Source: a virus (Duplodnaviria; Caudoviricetes). From it: a stretch of DNA of 54,081 nucleotides. The notes beneath the pieces are model-generated. The model ran no database searches, was not told where the DNA came from, and worked only from the letters and a program-made list of their open reading frames with translations. Made by a program: the position numbers and the translations under genes. Location of the stretch: positions 1-54,081 of the IMG/VR virus record IMGVR_UViG_3300025543_000036. One strand, written 5' to 3'. How positions within the stretch are numbered: position 1 is the first letter of the stretch; each line of letters starts with the position of its first letter. Positions 37,249 through 45,970 of the stretch are shown in pieces.

Positions 37249-37398
37249 ATGGCTATTAAATATTATGCAAGCGATTTCGATAGAATGGAAGATCAGCACT
37301 TTAACAACTCGCCTGATATAGGCATAACTAAAAAAGACGTTAAGCAATGGATCGAATATATTATGAAAGAAGAAGAAGAAAATGAAACCGCGCCTTAA
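37249..37398 (+). CDS. 49-aa hypothetical protein (not in ORF track)
   Basis: MAIKYYASDFDRM..., SD AGGAG. Confidence 0.55.
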   Translation: MAIKYYASDFDRMEDQHFNNSPDIGITKKDVKQWIEYIMKEEEENETAP

Positions 37399-37452
37399 TT
37401 ATGACACATTCATAGCTATAATGGAATTAGAAACTAATAGAGAGATAGACCA

Positions 37453-37716
37453 ATGCCCACAAATTTTATACTCAAGTGCGATGACTGCAACGGTACTGGA
37501 GAGATACGATACGGCGACCATGGTGGCGCAGAAGGTACAGCACACCCGTGTGAATGTTGTGAAGGGACAGGCGTCAAATGGTTCAGCGACTACTATCCTA
37601 CATGGGGCGATCTATTGTTAGATGTACCCAATGCAATGACGCTGAAGCAATGCCGCAATGTATTAGGTACTGAACCAAATTGGCCGCCTGAGAAAACAAT
37701 ACAAGGAGACTTTTAG
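37453..37716 (+). CDS. Small protein with DnaJ-type zinc finger
   Basis: CDDCNGTG and CECCEGTG (CxxCxGxG x2). Confidence 0.65.
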   Translation: MPTNFILKCDDCNGTGEIRYGDHGGAEGTAHPCECCEGTGVKWFSDYYPTWGDLLLDVPNAMTLKQCRNVLGTEPNWPPEKTIQGDF

Positions 37717-37718
37717 AT

Positions 37719-37913
37719 ATGGAAAAGAAGCTAATAAATTTAGTAGAGAGACAACGTCCACTAGCTGCCGGTGGGATGCAGTATCTCTATGAAGTATCAA
37801 CCCTACGCAATACATGTGAATTTCACATAGGCGAAGTAGTAAAACCGGCAAAGGTGCGCGCCATGTGTATGGATAGGGATAGCTATAGAGTAACAATAAG
37901 AGGCAATGGCTAA
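37719..37913 (+). CDS. Hypothetical protein
   Basis: 64 aa, AGGAG SD. Confidence 0.6.
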   Translation: MEKKLINLVERQRPLAAGGMQYLYEVSTLRNTCEFHIGEVVKPAKVRAMCMDRDSYRVTIRGNG

Positions 37914-38230
37914 TGGTATGTAGAACAAAAAAGGATAGCTATGCAGATAAGATATTCGTAACCAATACATACTCTGCAATAGCACATGTGACTAGGCCAA
38001 AGGAGATACCCGTTAAAATGGAAAAAGAAAGAAGCATCATTGACAATAGCTCGGAATGGTACAACACCTTTATAGATGTTCGCTACCGGCTAGACAAAGA
38101 ATATGAAATAGTATGCAAGCGGTATGATATAGACCAGGATAATAGGATTTATAACAAGATAGAAGATGTATCGAGAGAGATAGCTAACGCAATACATTAT
38201 CAGGAAACTACTAACGCTAAACAATATTAG
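37913..38230 (+). CDS. Hypothetical protein
   Basis: 105 aa, coupled; start uncertain. Confidence 0.5.
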   Translation: MVCRTKKDSYADKIFVTNTYSAIAHVTRPKEIPVKMEKERSIIDNSSEWYNTFIDVRYRLDKEYEIVCKRYDIDQDNRIYNKIEDVSREIANAIHYQETTNAKQY

Positions 38231-38242
38231 AGGTAATAGATA

Positions 38243-38407
38243 ATGAGGGAAGTAAAGACCATCACAGATAATGATTTTGATTTAATAGAAGCAGCAGCAA
38301 AAATAATTTGGAGTGATGTACTGATAGGAGATTATAGGAATATAGATAGGCTACTAAGAGAACTACCAAAATCTAAGTTAAAAAAGTTTTTGAGTGAGGA
38401 AGTATAA
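38243..38407 (+). CDS. 54-aa hypothetical protein (not in ORF track)
   Basis: MREVKTITDNDFDLIE..., GAGG SD. Confidence 0.5.
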   Translation: MREVKTITDNDFDLIEAAAKIIWSDVLIGDYRNIDRLLRELPKSKLKKFLSEEV

Positions 38408-38503
38408 TGGATGCTTTAATCTGGTTTATTCCCTTCACAATTCTAGGCGTAGTCTTATACAGAACTTGCCCCTTTAGATATTTTTAGAGTAGGAGTATTC
38501 ATA

Positions 38504-38692
38504 ATGTATAACATATTTGAGATAACATTTTATAAATGTGATGATGATGGCGAACCTATCACAGATAGCAAAGGAAATATAAAACTTTACAACCCAAAGG
38601 GTAGATGGAAAAGTTTAGAATATCTTTGTGAAGATACCGAGGACAATGATTTTGAGGAGCATAAACCATGCACGAATATAAATGTAGAATAA
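38504..38692 (+). CDS. Hypothetical acidic protein
   Basis: 62 aa, AGGAG SD. Confidence 0.55.
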   Translation: MYNIFEITFYKCDDDGEPITDSKGNIKLYNPKGRWKSLEYLCEDTEDNDFEEHKPCTNINVE

Positions 38693-39198
38693 TTAGGGTA
38701 GTAGATGGCGACACGGTAGACGTTGATATTGATTTAGGTTTCGGAGTGTGGCTAAACAATCAACGTGTCCGGCTGTATGGAATAGATACGCCAGAATGTA
38801 GGACAAGGGATATAGAAGAGAAATACTTTGGCTTCATGGCGAAGGCTTTAGTTAAAGACTTCTTGCCAGAAGGATCAACGCAACGGCTATCGACACGGCT
38901 AAAGGGTAAAGGTAGAGGAAAATTTGGTAGGATACTGGGTGAATTCTGGGTCTATGATGCTTGGACAGATAGAGAGACAACTGTAAACAAAGCACTATTG
39001 GTAAGGAATTATGCGGTTAAGTATGACGGACAATCGAAAAAAGAAATAGAAGATAACCATAAATTAAATAGAGAAACTATTTGTAAGAGGTTAGGTTATG
39101 AGAAAGACTTCTTTAAAAACAAGTACTCCCCAGAGAAATACAAGAAGCAAAGAGAAGATATTATTTTACAGCCAGCGACTAAAACAAAAGGTAGTTGA
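38668..39198 (+). CDS. Thermonuclease (SNase-like)
   Basis: RVVDGDT, RVRLYGIDTPE, GKFGRILG. Confidence 0.88.
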   Translation: MHEYKCRIIRVVDGDTVDVDIDLGFGVWLNNQRVRLYGIDTPECRTRDIEEKYFGFMAKALVKDFLPEGSTQRLSTRLKGKGRGKFGRILGEFWVYDAWTDRETTVNKALLVRNYAVKYDGQSKKEIEDNHKLNRETICKRLGYEKDFFKNKYSPEKYKKQREDIILQPATKTKGS

Positions 39199-39199
39199 C

Positions 39200-39370
39200 A
39201 TGACAGATACATGCTTCGCTATGTTGATTGCAACAGCAGCCGTATGCTACGCCTTGGGTGCAGCAATTGGATGGCACATGAAAAAATCACTGCTATCTAA
39301 GAAGAAAAAACCTGGAGGAAACCAAGCCAAGAGAAAATTAAGTGCCGTGAAGAAAGCAGGACTAAGATAA
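39200..39370 (+). CDS. Small membrane protein with basic tail
   Basis: MTDTCFAMLIATAAVCYALGAAIGWHMKK. Confidence 0.5.
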   Translation: MTDTCFAMLIATAAVCYALGAAIGWHMKKSLLSKKKKPGGNQAKRKLSAVKKAGLR

Positions 39371-39371
39371 A

Positions 39372-39587
39372 ATGAAAAACGATGAAGACAAAGTAAAAGC
39401 TTTCGTAAAGCGAGACATAACTCACGATACATTCGAGGTTATGTACAACAACTTCTTAACCTATGGAATACTTTTCCCAGAGTTAACAGGTAGGGAACAG
39501 AATATGTTGATGGCTTTAGCAGATAGATATAGCGATGCTATTTATGAAATAGTTATGAAGAATAGAAAGGATAATAACGAATGTTAG
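39372..39587 (+). CDS. Hypothetical protein
   Basis: 71 aa in operon. Confidence 0.55.
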   Translation: MKNDEDKVKAFVKRDITHDTFEVMYNNFLTYGILFPELTGREQNMLMALADRYSDAIYEIVMKNRKDNNEC

Positions 39588-39736
39588 ATATATCATATGA
39601 AATCTGGGAAGATACTTACAAAAGAAACATAAGACCTTTACCAATATGGTGGAGTAGTGAAGAGAATAAAAGAAAAAAGTACGAAGAATTCGCAAGGTTC
39701 TGTGCAACAGGAAGGGTAGATTATGATAAAAGTTAA
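39581..39736 (+). CDS. 51-aa hypothetical protein (not in ORF track)
   Basis: MLDISYEIWEDTYKRNIRPLPIWW..., fills the gap, AAGGA SD. Confidence 0.45.
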   Translation: MLDISYEIWEDTYKRNIRPLPIWWSSEENKRKKYEEFARFCATGRVDYDKS

Positions 39737-40016
39737 CAAGGAGAATATAAACTCTTCAACAAAAGGTAAGGAACAGCTTACGGCTTATGTAGAATATTCA
39801 CCTGAGTATGACAGAAAAGAAGTATGCTTTAGAATATTTTGGAATGAAGAAGAAGGAGAGAAAGATAAGAGAGAATTTATTGCGTCTATGATAAATTTAA
39901 TAGTAGATACCAGAGATAATATTATCATAACCCAATGCCCTGTCACTGGCGAAACTGCCGATAGGGATAAAGAAGTAACTATCTATTCTTGGATAGGAGA
40001 AGGAGTAAAGAAATGA
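39723..40016 (+). CDS. Hypothetical protein
   Basis: 97 aa. Confidence 0.55.
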   Translation: MIKVNKENINSSTKGKEQLTAYVEYSPEYDRKEVCFRIFWNEEEGEKDKREFIASMINLIVDTRDNIIITQCPVTGETADRDKEVTIYSWIGEGVKK

Positions 40017-40465
40017 AAAATTTAAAACCAGTACACATGTTGCTTTTAACTTTATCGGTTGTAGCCATTGGTGGTTGTGCGCCAATGCTCTTAGCTGGAG
40101 GTGCAGTTGTTGGCGCTAAAGGTTACGTTAATGATGCAGCACATGAAGAGCAGTTAGGAAAGCACTCGAAAGAGATTAGCAATAACCTTTCAAAGGTTAA
40201 GCAAAACTCTGAGACAATTAACAATAACCTTTCAAAGGTTAAGCAGAACTCTAAAACAATTACAAGTAATCTATCAAAAGTTAAGCAACACGCGAAGACA
40301 ATCGATAGTAACCTTTTGAAAGTAGAGGAAAATAAAAATCACATAGATGCTTTACATGAAAAGATAAAGATGCTAGAAAGTACTGTAATTAATTTACAAA
40401 AACTACTACTCGACAAACCACAACCAACCCAAGTGATCGGAGGCAGTGACAATGTTGTACGGTAA
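40013..40465 (+). CDS. Lipoprotein with 14-aa coiled-coil repeats
   Basis: Signal MKNLKPVHMLLLTLSVVAIGGC; four I-x-[NS]-NL-x-KV repeats. Confidence 0.7.
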   Translation: MKNLKPVHMLLLTLSVVAIGGCAPMLLAGGAVVGAKGYVNDAAHEEQLGKHSKEISNNLSKVKQNSETINNNLSKVKQNSKTITSNLSKVKQHAKTIDSNLLKVEENKNHIDALHEKIKMLESTVINLQKLLLDKPQPTQVIGGSDNVVR

Positions 40466-41399
40466 TCAGAACACACATTATGGATCAGCATTAGATGGAG
40501 GAAAAATTAATATGTTAGATCATCTTACCACTACAAACGATAGAGAAGTATTCTTTAAGGTTTACGAGCAAGACGTAGTGGGTGACGCTACTGGCTGCGA
40601 AGCTTATAAGCATAAGATGTTAACGCGAGGTAACGGTATCTCTGAAGAGGATAGTTTTCTGTCTATAGTAAAGTCTAACTATAGGATAGTAGAGAACGAA
40701 GAAATACTTATGCCTCTACAAGAGCAGATGATTAATTACTTTGACCCTACAGTCCTGGCTGATGTTCAGATCAAAGATCACATTGCCAAAGATGGTGCTG
40801 TATGTTTCTCGGAGTATGTCTTTCCTAGCGTAAAGAAACCTGTCGAGACAGACACCGGACATAAAACAAATATGATGCTTCGATTTATTATGAAGAATAC
40901 TTTTAATGGATCATCCTCTGTTGTCTTTTATGGTGGGTTGATAGATGCTTTTTGTACCAACGGTATGATCTTAGGTGATTACGATGTAACTAGGCGTAAG
41001 CACACAAAGAACTTTACTATAGATGGTTTCATTAAAGCCTTTGATGATTGTATGGTTAACTATAAAAATGTAGCTGATACATATCAGAAATGGGCAGATA
41101 CTAAGATTAGTTACAAACATAACGTACCTCTCTTGTTTTCTAAACTCACTAACAACCAAGACCCTAAGAAGAAAAATACTTTAGCGGATAGGTTGTATGC
41201 TCAATGCATGGATGAGGTTACTAATCGAGGTAATAATTTGTTTGCTGTAACGTCAGCCATGACACACTATGCTAGTCACAATGATAATAGGTTCCCATTG
41301 CGTAGCAACGCTGACAATGATAGCTTATTTAAGCGGCAAGAAACTGTTCGCAAATGGTTCAACTCTAAAACATTTGAGGACTTTCTTGAAGCAGCATAG
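40446..41399 (+). CDS. DUF932-family protein (likely start 40512)
   Basis: IVKSNYRIVEN, NTFNGS, CTNG, RKHT, NLFAVTSAMTHYASH. Confidence 0.7.
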   Translation: MTMLYGNQNTHYGSALDGGKINMLDHLTTTNDREVFFKVYEQDVVGDATGCEAYKHKMLTRGNGISEEDSFLSIVKSNYRIVENEEILMPLQEQMINYFDPTVLADVQIKDHIAKDGAVCFSEYVFPSVKKPVETDTGHKTNMMLRFIMKNTFNGSSSVVFYGGLIDAFCTNGMILGDYDVTRRKHTKNFTIDGFIKAFDDCMVNYKNVADTYQKWADTKISYKHNVPLLFSKLTNNQDPKKKNTLADRLYAQCMDEVTNRGNNLFAVTSAMTHYASHNDNRFPLRSNADNDSLFKRQETVRKWFNSKTFEDFLEAA

Positions 41400-41427
41400 T
41401 AACAATTAGATTAGAAAGGAAGTTAAA

Positions 41428-41616
41428 ATGGTTTATAATTACAAAACCCATGAGGAAATTCCATCCTATATGAGGGATTATATTCTAGGTGTCGCTGACT
41501 GTATCGCTATAGAGCAGTTAGACTTAGACGACATTAATGACTTTCTAAATGGTCTTGAAGAGTGGTCTAGTGATGACCAGGATTACATCCATACTACTTT
41601 AAGAACCATTCACTAG
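41428..41616 (+). CDS. Hypothetical acidic protein
   Basis: 62 aa, AAGGA SD. Confidence 0.55.
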   Translation: MVYNYKTHEEIPSYMRDYILGVADCIAIEQLDLDDINDFLNGLEEWSSDDQDYIHTTLRTIH

Positions 41617-41621
41617 TTGTC

Positions 41622-41657
41622 AGGGACAGGTTTATTTAAATCAGTAAGCCTGTCCCT
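41622..41657 (+). other. 13-bp intergenic hairpin
   Basis: AGGGACAGGTTTA-N10-TAAGCCTGTCCCT. Confidence 0.6.
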
Positions 41658-41683
41658 TCTACTACACACAATGGAGAGCCACT

Positions 41684-42004
41684 ATGAAAAGGATTACAAT
41701 TGGACAGGAAGTTTTCTTAAAGTATGAAAGAGAAAACTATAATTGGAAACATGTAGGGAAGAAAGGTACAGAAAATATTCCTTACATATCTTTATACAAA
41801 GATAACTTAGACCATCCACCATCTAAAATAAGCACTGTGTCTTTAAAGAAATTAATTCGTAGTTCTTTAAATTTAAATTCTTTTAAAAGCATAAGCCGTA
41901 AAGAAGTAGAAGATGTTGTTAAAGATTTAAAAAAGATACAAGAAGAATTAGAAATGTATCTTGGTGACGACTACCCTGAGTTTGGCTTTGGAGACAACAC
42001 ATAA
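41684..42004 (+). CDS. Hypothetical protein
   Basis: 106 aa, GGAG SD. Confidence 0.6.
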   Translation: MKRITIGQEVFLKYERENYNWKHVGKKGTENIPYISLYKDNLDHPPSKISTVSLKKLIRSSLNLNSFKSISRKEVEDVVKDLKKIQEELEMYLGDDYPEFGFGDNT

Positions 42005-42279
42005 TGAGTTATAATCTAAGCGCAATAATAAAAGACTTATCTCTTAGTGGTAAGGAGAATAAATTAATAGACCCTGACACAATTAAGATAGGTCTACTTA
42101 AAATAATAGAAGACGATAAGGAGAATGATGCTTACATCATAGCAACCCTTAACGAAACACTAGATAAGATAAACGATATTGTTTTCCTAAGTCTTGCACA
42201 AGAACAAAAGCTACATGATTTAGCTACAAGAGTACAAGTATTGAGAGATGAGGTACTTAAAATTCATAAGAACAGGTAA
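42004..42279 (+). CDS. Hypothetical protein
   Basis: 91 aa, coupled. Confidence 0.55.
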   Translation: MSYNLSAIIKDLSLSGKENKLIDPDTIKIGLLKIIEDDKENDAYIIATLNETLDKINDIVFLSLAQEQKLHDLATRVQVLRDEVLKIHKNR

Positions 42280-42284
42280 GTAAA

Positions 42285-42467
42285 ATGGATCAGAAATCAA
42301 CTATAAAACTTTTGAAAGATCAAATATCCCAGATGACTTCTGCAACTTACTCCCACTATAAAAGAATAGCAGAGTTAGCAGAAGAAAATGATTACTTGAG
42401 AAAAAGAGTAAACTACTTAGAAAACAAATTAGAACAGGTATCAAATAGGAAACTCAATGAAAGCTGA
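42285..42467 (+). CDS. Hypothetical coiled-coil protein
   Basis: 60 aa. Confidence 0.55.
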   Translation: MDQKSTIKLLKDQISQMTSATYSHYKRIAELAEENDYLRKRVNYLENKLEQVSNRKLNES

Positions 42468-43209
42468 ACTTATAGCTAGTTTAGGTGATGATCTTACAGT
42501 TGTTAATGTTGCCCGTGTTTCTTTCGACAAGGAATCGGATTGGAAAAAGAATGTAAAATCACCGCCAGCAGATAAAGAACTTTATGATAAAGATATAAAG
42601 TTAATTAAATACTTAGCCAAGCATAATCACTTTACTCCCTTCACTCATTGCTCAATAACTTTGAGAGAAACTGTGCCTATCTTTGTAGCAAGACAAAGAT
42701 TTAAACACACGATAGGTTTTACTTACAACGAAGTAAGTAGAAGATATGTAGATGATGATCCTGAGTTTTACTCTCCTGAGATATGGAGATTTAGGGCAGA
42801 CAATATCAAGCAAGGTTCTGATAAAGAAGGTGTTTTAGATGAACGGTTAGATAGAAAGATTTGGTTTGTTGATGGGGTTTCTCGCGCCATAGATCAAACT
42901 ACAAGCACTCCAAAAGAAATATACTCTGCATGTATTAAGACATATGATGCATTGTTAGCATTAAATATCTGTCCAGAACAAGCAAGAATGGTTTTGCCAC
43001 AAGCAATGTACACAAGTTATTATGTTACAGGTTCATTAGCTGCATTCGCCAGGGCATATAATTTACGAAGTGAGGATTCGGCGCAAGAAGAAATCAAAGA
43101 GTTATCCACAGAGTGGGATAAAATAATAGGTAAGTTATTTCCTGAGAGTTGGAAAGCATTAACAAATAATAATAGTAATAATAATAAAGATGAAGAGGTA
43201 ATTCATTAA
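42457..43209 (+). CDS. thyX: FAD-dependent thymidylate synthase
   Basis: VNVARVS, HFTPFTH, PIFVARQ, NEVSRRY, EQARMVLP, AQEEI. Confidence 0.92.
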   Translation: MKAELIASLGDDLTVVNVARVSFDKESDWKKNVKSPPADKELYDKDIKLIKYLAKHNHFTPFTHCSITLRETVPIFVARQRFKHTIGFTYNEVSRRYVDDDPEFYSPEIWRFRADNIKQGSDKEGVLDERLDRKIWFVDGVSRAIDQTTSTPKEIYSACIKTYDALLALNICPEQARMVLPQAMYTSYYVTGSLAAFARAYNLRSEDSAQEEIKELSTEWDKIIGKLFPESWKALTNNNSNNNKDEEVIH

Positions 43210-43355
43210 TGGCTGCAAGAAAAAGTATAGGACTGAATACTTACGTTGATAAGAGTAGACATATGAAAACAAGCATAGGTCATTCAACTAATACTAGTCC
43301 TAAAAATAAAAACAAGAAAAGAAATTGGAAACAATATCGTGGACAGGGGAAATGA
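43209..43355 (+). CDS. 48-aa basic protein ending YRGQGK (not in ORF track)
   Basis: MAARKSIG...KTSIG...KRNWKQYRGQGK, coupled at both ends. Confidence 0.65.
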   Translation: MAARKSIGLNTYVDKSRHMKTSIGHSTNTSPKNKNKKRNWKQYRGQGK

Positions 43356-43531
43356 AACATCTGTGGGAAAAAGATAGAAAAACAATTTATAAAGAACTAT
43401 TAGATTTATATCTTGATGAAGGTTATTCTAGAAAAGAAGCGAGACGATTAGCTACAGAGGAGACAGATGAAATAAAAGCTGGTGACTTTTCTTTTGTGTC
43501 TAACATCATGGATGAACAGGAAGATTGTTAA
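43352..43531 (+). CDS. Hypothetical protein
   Basis: MKHLWEKDRK...EGYSRKEARRLA; ATGA overlap with previous ORF. Confidence 0.6.
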   Translation: MKHLWEKDRKTIYKELLDLYLDEGYSRKEARRLATEETDEIKAGDFSFVSNIMDEQEDC

Positions 43532-43602
43532 GATTTTATATACGTCTCTCTCATACGTGAACAATTTTTTAAGTTATTGATTTTAATATATAAAAATAAT
43601 TG

Positions 43603-43630
43603 TTGATTAAGTTTTTAATTAGTCTATAAT
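43603..43630 (+). promoter_or_regulatory. Putative promoter for replication genes
   Basis: TTGATT-N16-TATAAT in an AT-rich gap. Confidence 0.45.
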
Positions 43631-43661
43631 AGTTATCTCAACTTACCCAGGAGTTAAAGAT

Positions 43662-43922
43662 ATGAAAATTAGAGAGATAGTTAAAGAAGCATTTGAAGTT
43701 GATGAGTTAGTACATCAGTTCACTGAAATTGATGTAGAAGATAACTACCTCAAAACTGGATCAGTCGAAGAAGTTAATGAGGCTTACAGCGACAATGATA
43801 TTCTTGAAGAAGCGCGTCATAGGTTAAGCATAGCCTTAGATGCACATAATCAGGAAGAGGACTGTTGGGTGCGTGATGCAAAACAGTTGAAGAAGTTTAT
43901 TAGTCGCTGGGATTTTGCGTAG
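43662..43922 (+). CDS. Hypothetical protein
   Basis: 86 aa, GGAG SD. Confidence 0.6.
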   Translation: MKIREIVKEAFEVDELVHQFTEIDVEDNYLKTGSVEEVNEAYSDNDILEEARHRLSIALDAHNQEEDCWVRDAKQLKKFISRWDFA

Positions 43923-45591
43923 GATGGATGGCGAAGAGAACGTATTGGTCGAAGCACATAGGCCATGCGATAGTTGCGGTTCATCAGATGCAAGAGCGTT
44001 GTACTCTGATGGACATGAGTATTGTTTTAGTTGTCAAACAAGATTTGAAGGCAAAGGAGATTACCCTATCATGTCTAAACCTATCACCACTAATGTCACC
44101 CCATTAAAATCTACTGAAGGAATAATAACTTCAATCCCTGATAGAAAGATAGCTTCTAACACTTGTAAAAAATACAATGTTAGAATAGTTAAAGATCAAG
44201 AAGGTAATATAATAAAACATCGTTATCCTTACTATGATGTTAAAGGTAACCACATTGCTGACAAGGTTCGTATCGTAGAGACAAAAGACTTTCCAACAGA
44301 GCCGGTAGGAGCATTAAGTAAGGCTGCTCTGTTTGGTCAGAACCTTTTCAGTTCCGGTGGTAAATACGTTACAATTTGTGAAGGCGAGTTGGATGCCTTG
44401 TCTGCATTTGAAATGCTTGGAAGCAAATGGCCTGTGTTGTCTATCAAGAATGGTGTTCATTCTGCATTCAAAGATTGCAAGGCTAACTTAGAATACCTTT
44501 CAAAGTTTGATAATGTAGTCTTGTGTTTTGATGCGGATGACAAGGGAAAGAAAGCATCACAACAAGTAGCCACACTGTTCGAGCCAAACACTTGCCGCAT
44601 TGTTAACATGACTGATGGCAAGGACGCATCTGAATACCTACAAGGTGGCAAGCGTGAACAGTTTTCCCAAGCATGGTGGAACGCCAAGGTCTACACCCCT
44701 GCCGGTATCCTTAATCTTGCTGACATGGGTGATGGCCTGTACGATGAAGGTGAGTACAAGACTTGTCTGTATCCATTCGAGGGTTTGAATGAGAAGCTGT
44801 ATGGTATTCGTACAGGTGAGCTAGTAACATTCACGGCGGGTACAGGTACTGGTAAGTCCAGTGTCATGCGTGAACTTATGCATCATGTACTGAACAACAC
44901 AGAAGAAAACATTGGCGTGATATCTTTGGAAGAGAATGTCAGGTCCACCATCTTCCACCTCATGTCAGTCGAGGCAAACGCTAGGCTGTACATTCGAGAG
45001 GTGCGTGATCAATTCAGCATGAGTGACTTACGCACTTGGCAAGAGGCAACGGTAGGTACTCGTAGGTTCTTTGCCTTCGATCACTTTGGAAGCATGAAGA
45101 CTGATGAGATACTATCCCGTGTACGTTACATGGTGAAAGCGCTAGACTGTAAGTGGATATTCTTGGATCACCTATCAATCCTGGTGTCTGGTCTGGAAGG
45201 TGATGATGAACGTAGGAACATTGATAATCTGATGACTAAGCTAAGATCGATTGTCGAAGAGACAAATGTAGCCATGCTTCTTGTCTCTCACCTACGCCGC
45301 GCACAAGGCGACAACGGCCATGAGAATGGTAGAGAGGTTAGCTTGTCACACCTTAGAGGTAGCCAGAGCATAGCCCAGCTTAGTGATGCAGTGGTGGCTA
45401 TGGAGCGTGACCAACAGTCTGATGATCCTAACATAGCTAACACAACAACCATCAGAGTATTGAAGAACAGGTATGCGGGAGATACTGGTGTAGCTTCTCA
45501 CTTATTCTTCAACAAAGATACGGGAAGGTTGACAGAGGTACACAATCTAGGCGATGATCCAGAAGGAGATAGTTCAGACAAGGAACTTTAA
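43915..45591 (+). CDS. T7 gp4-like DNA primase-helicase
   Basis: CDSCGSSD...CFSC zinc finger, EGELDA TOPRIM, AGTGTGKS, LDHL, LRGS, KNR. Confidence 0.95.
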   Translation: MRRMDGEENVLVEAHRPCDSCGSSDARALYSDGHEYCFSCQTRFEGKGDYPIMSKPITTNVTPLKSTEGIITSIPDRKIASNTCKKYNVRIVKDQEGNIIKHRYPYYDVKGNHIADKVRIVETKDFPTEPVGALSKAALFGQNLFSSGGKYVTICEGELDALSAFEMLGSKWPVLSIKNGVHSAFKDCKANLEYLSKFDNVVLCFDADDKGKKASQQVATLFEPNTCRIVNMTDGKDASEYLQGGKREQFSQAWWNAKVYTPAGILNLADMGDGLYDEGEYKTCLYPFEGLNEKLYGIRTGELVTFTAGTGTGKSSVMRELMHHVLNNTEENIGVISLEENVRSTIFHLMSVEANARLYIREVRDQFSMSDLRTWQEATVGTRRFFAFDHFGSMKTDEILSRVRYMVKALDCKWIFLDHLSILVSGLEGDDERRNIDNLMTKLRSIVEETNVAMLLVSHLRRAQGDNGHENGREVSLSHLRGSQSIAQLSDAVVAMERDQQSDDPNIANTTTIRVLKNRYAGDTGVASHLFFNKDTGRLTEVHNLGDDPEGDSSDKEL

Positions 45592-45603
45592 CTACATGGT
45601 GGA

Positions 45604-45840
45604 GTGACTATGAAAAAAATAATTCATGTGAACATGCATGTCATTCGTAAAAATCAAAAGAAAGGTGAACGTAACCCAACGATTACAGTCAAGACATACA
45701 AGACTAACACCTACGCCCATGAAGTTGATATACTCGGACCAAGCAAAGTTATTTACTCACCAGATAAACCATTGTCGTGTGGTGCTAGGCTGTGGATTGA
45801 AACACATAGCGAGGTTGTGGCTGACGGACAGTCGGTTTAA
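45604..45840 (+). CDS. Conserved small phage protein
   Basis: IHVNMH, YSPDKPLSCGARLWIET. Confidence 0.65.
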   Translation: MTMKKIIHVNMHVIRKNQKKGERNPTITVKTYKTNTYAHEVDILGPSKVIYSPDKPLSCGARLWIETHSEVVADGQSV

Positions 45841-45970
45841 TTTCAAAAATGTATGAATTAAAAGTAAAAACCGGAACATATAGATCAGACACTTTATTTT
45901 CATTAATGTGGGTTGTGTTTTATCATAGGCTACATCATTGGAAAAAGGGTGAGGGGTTTGTAGATTAGAA

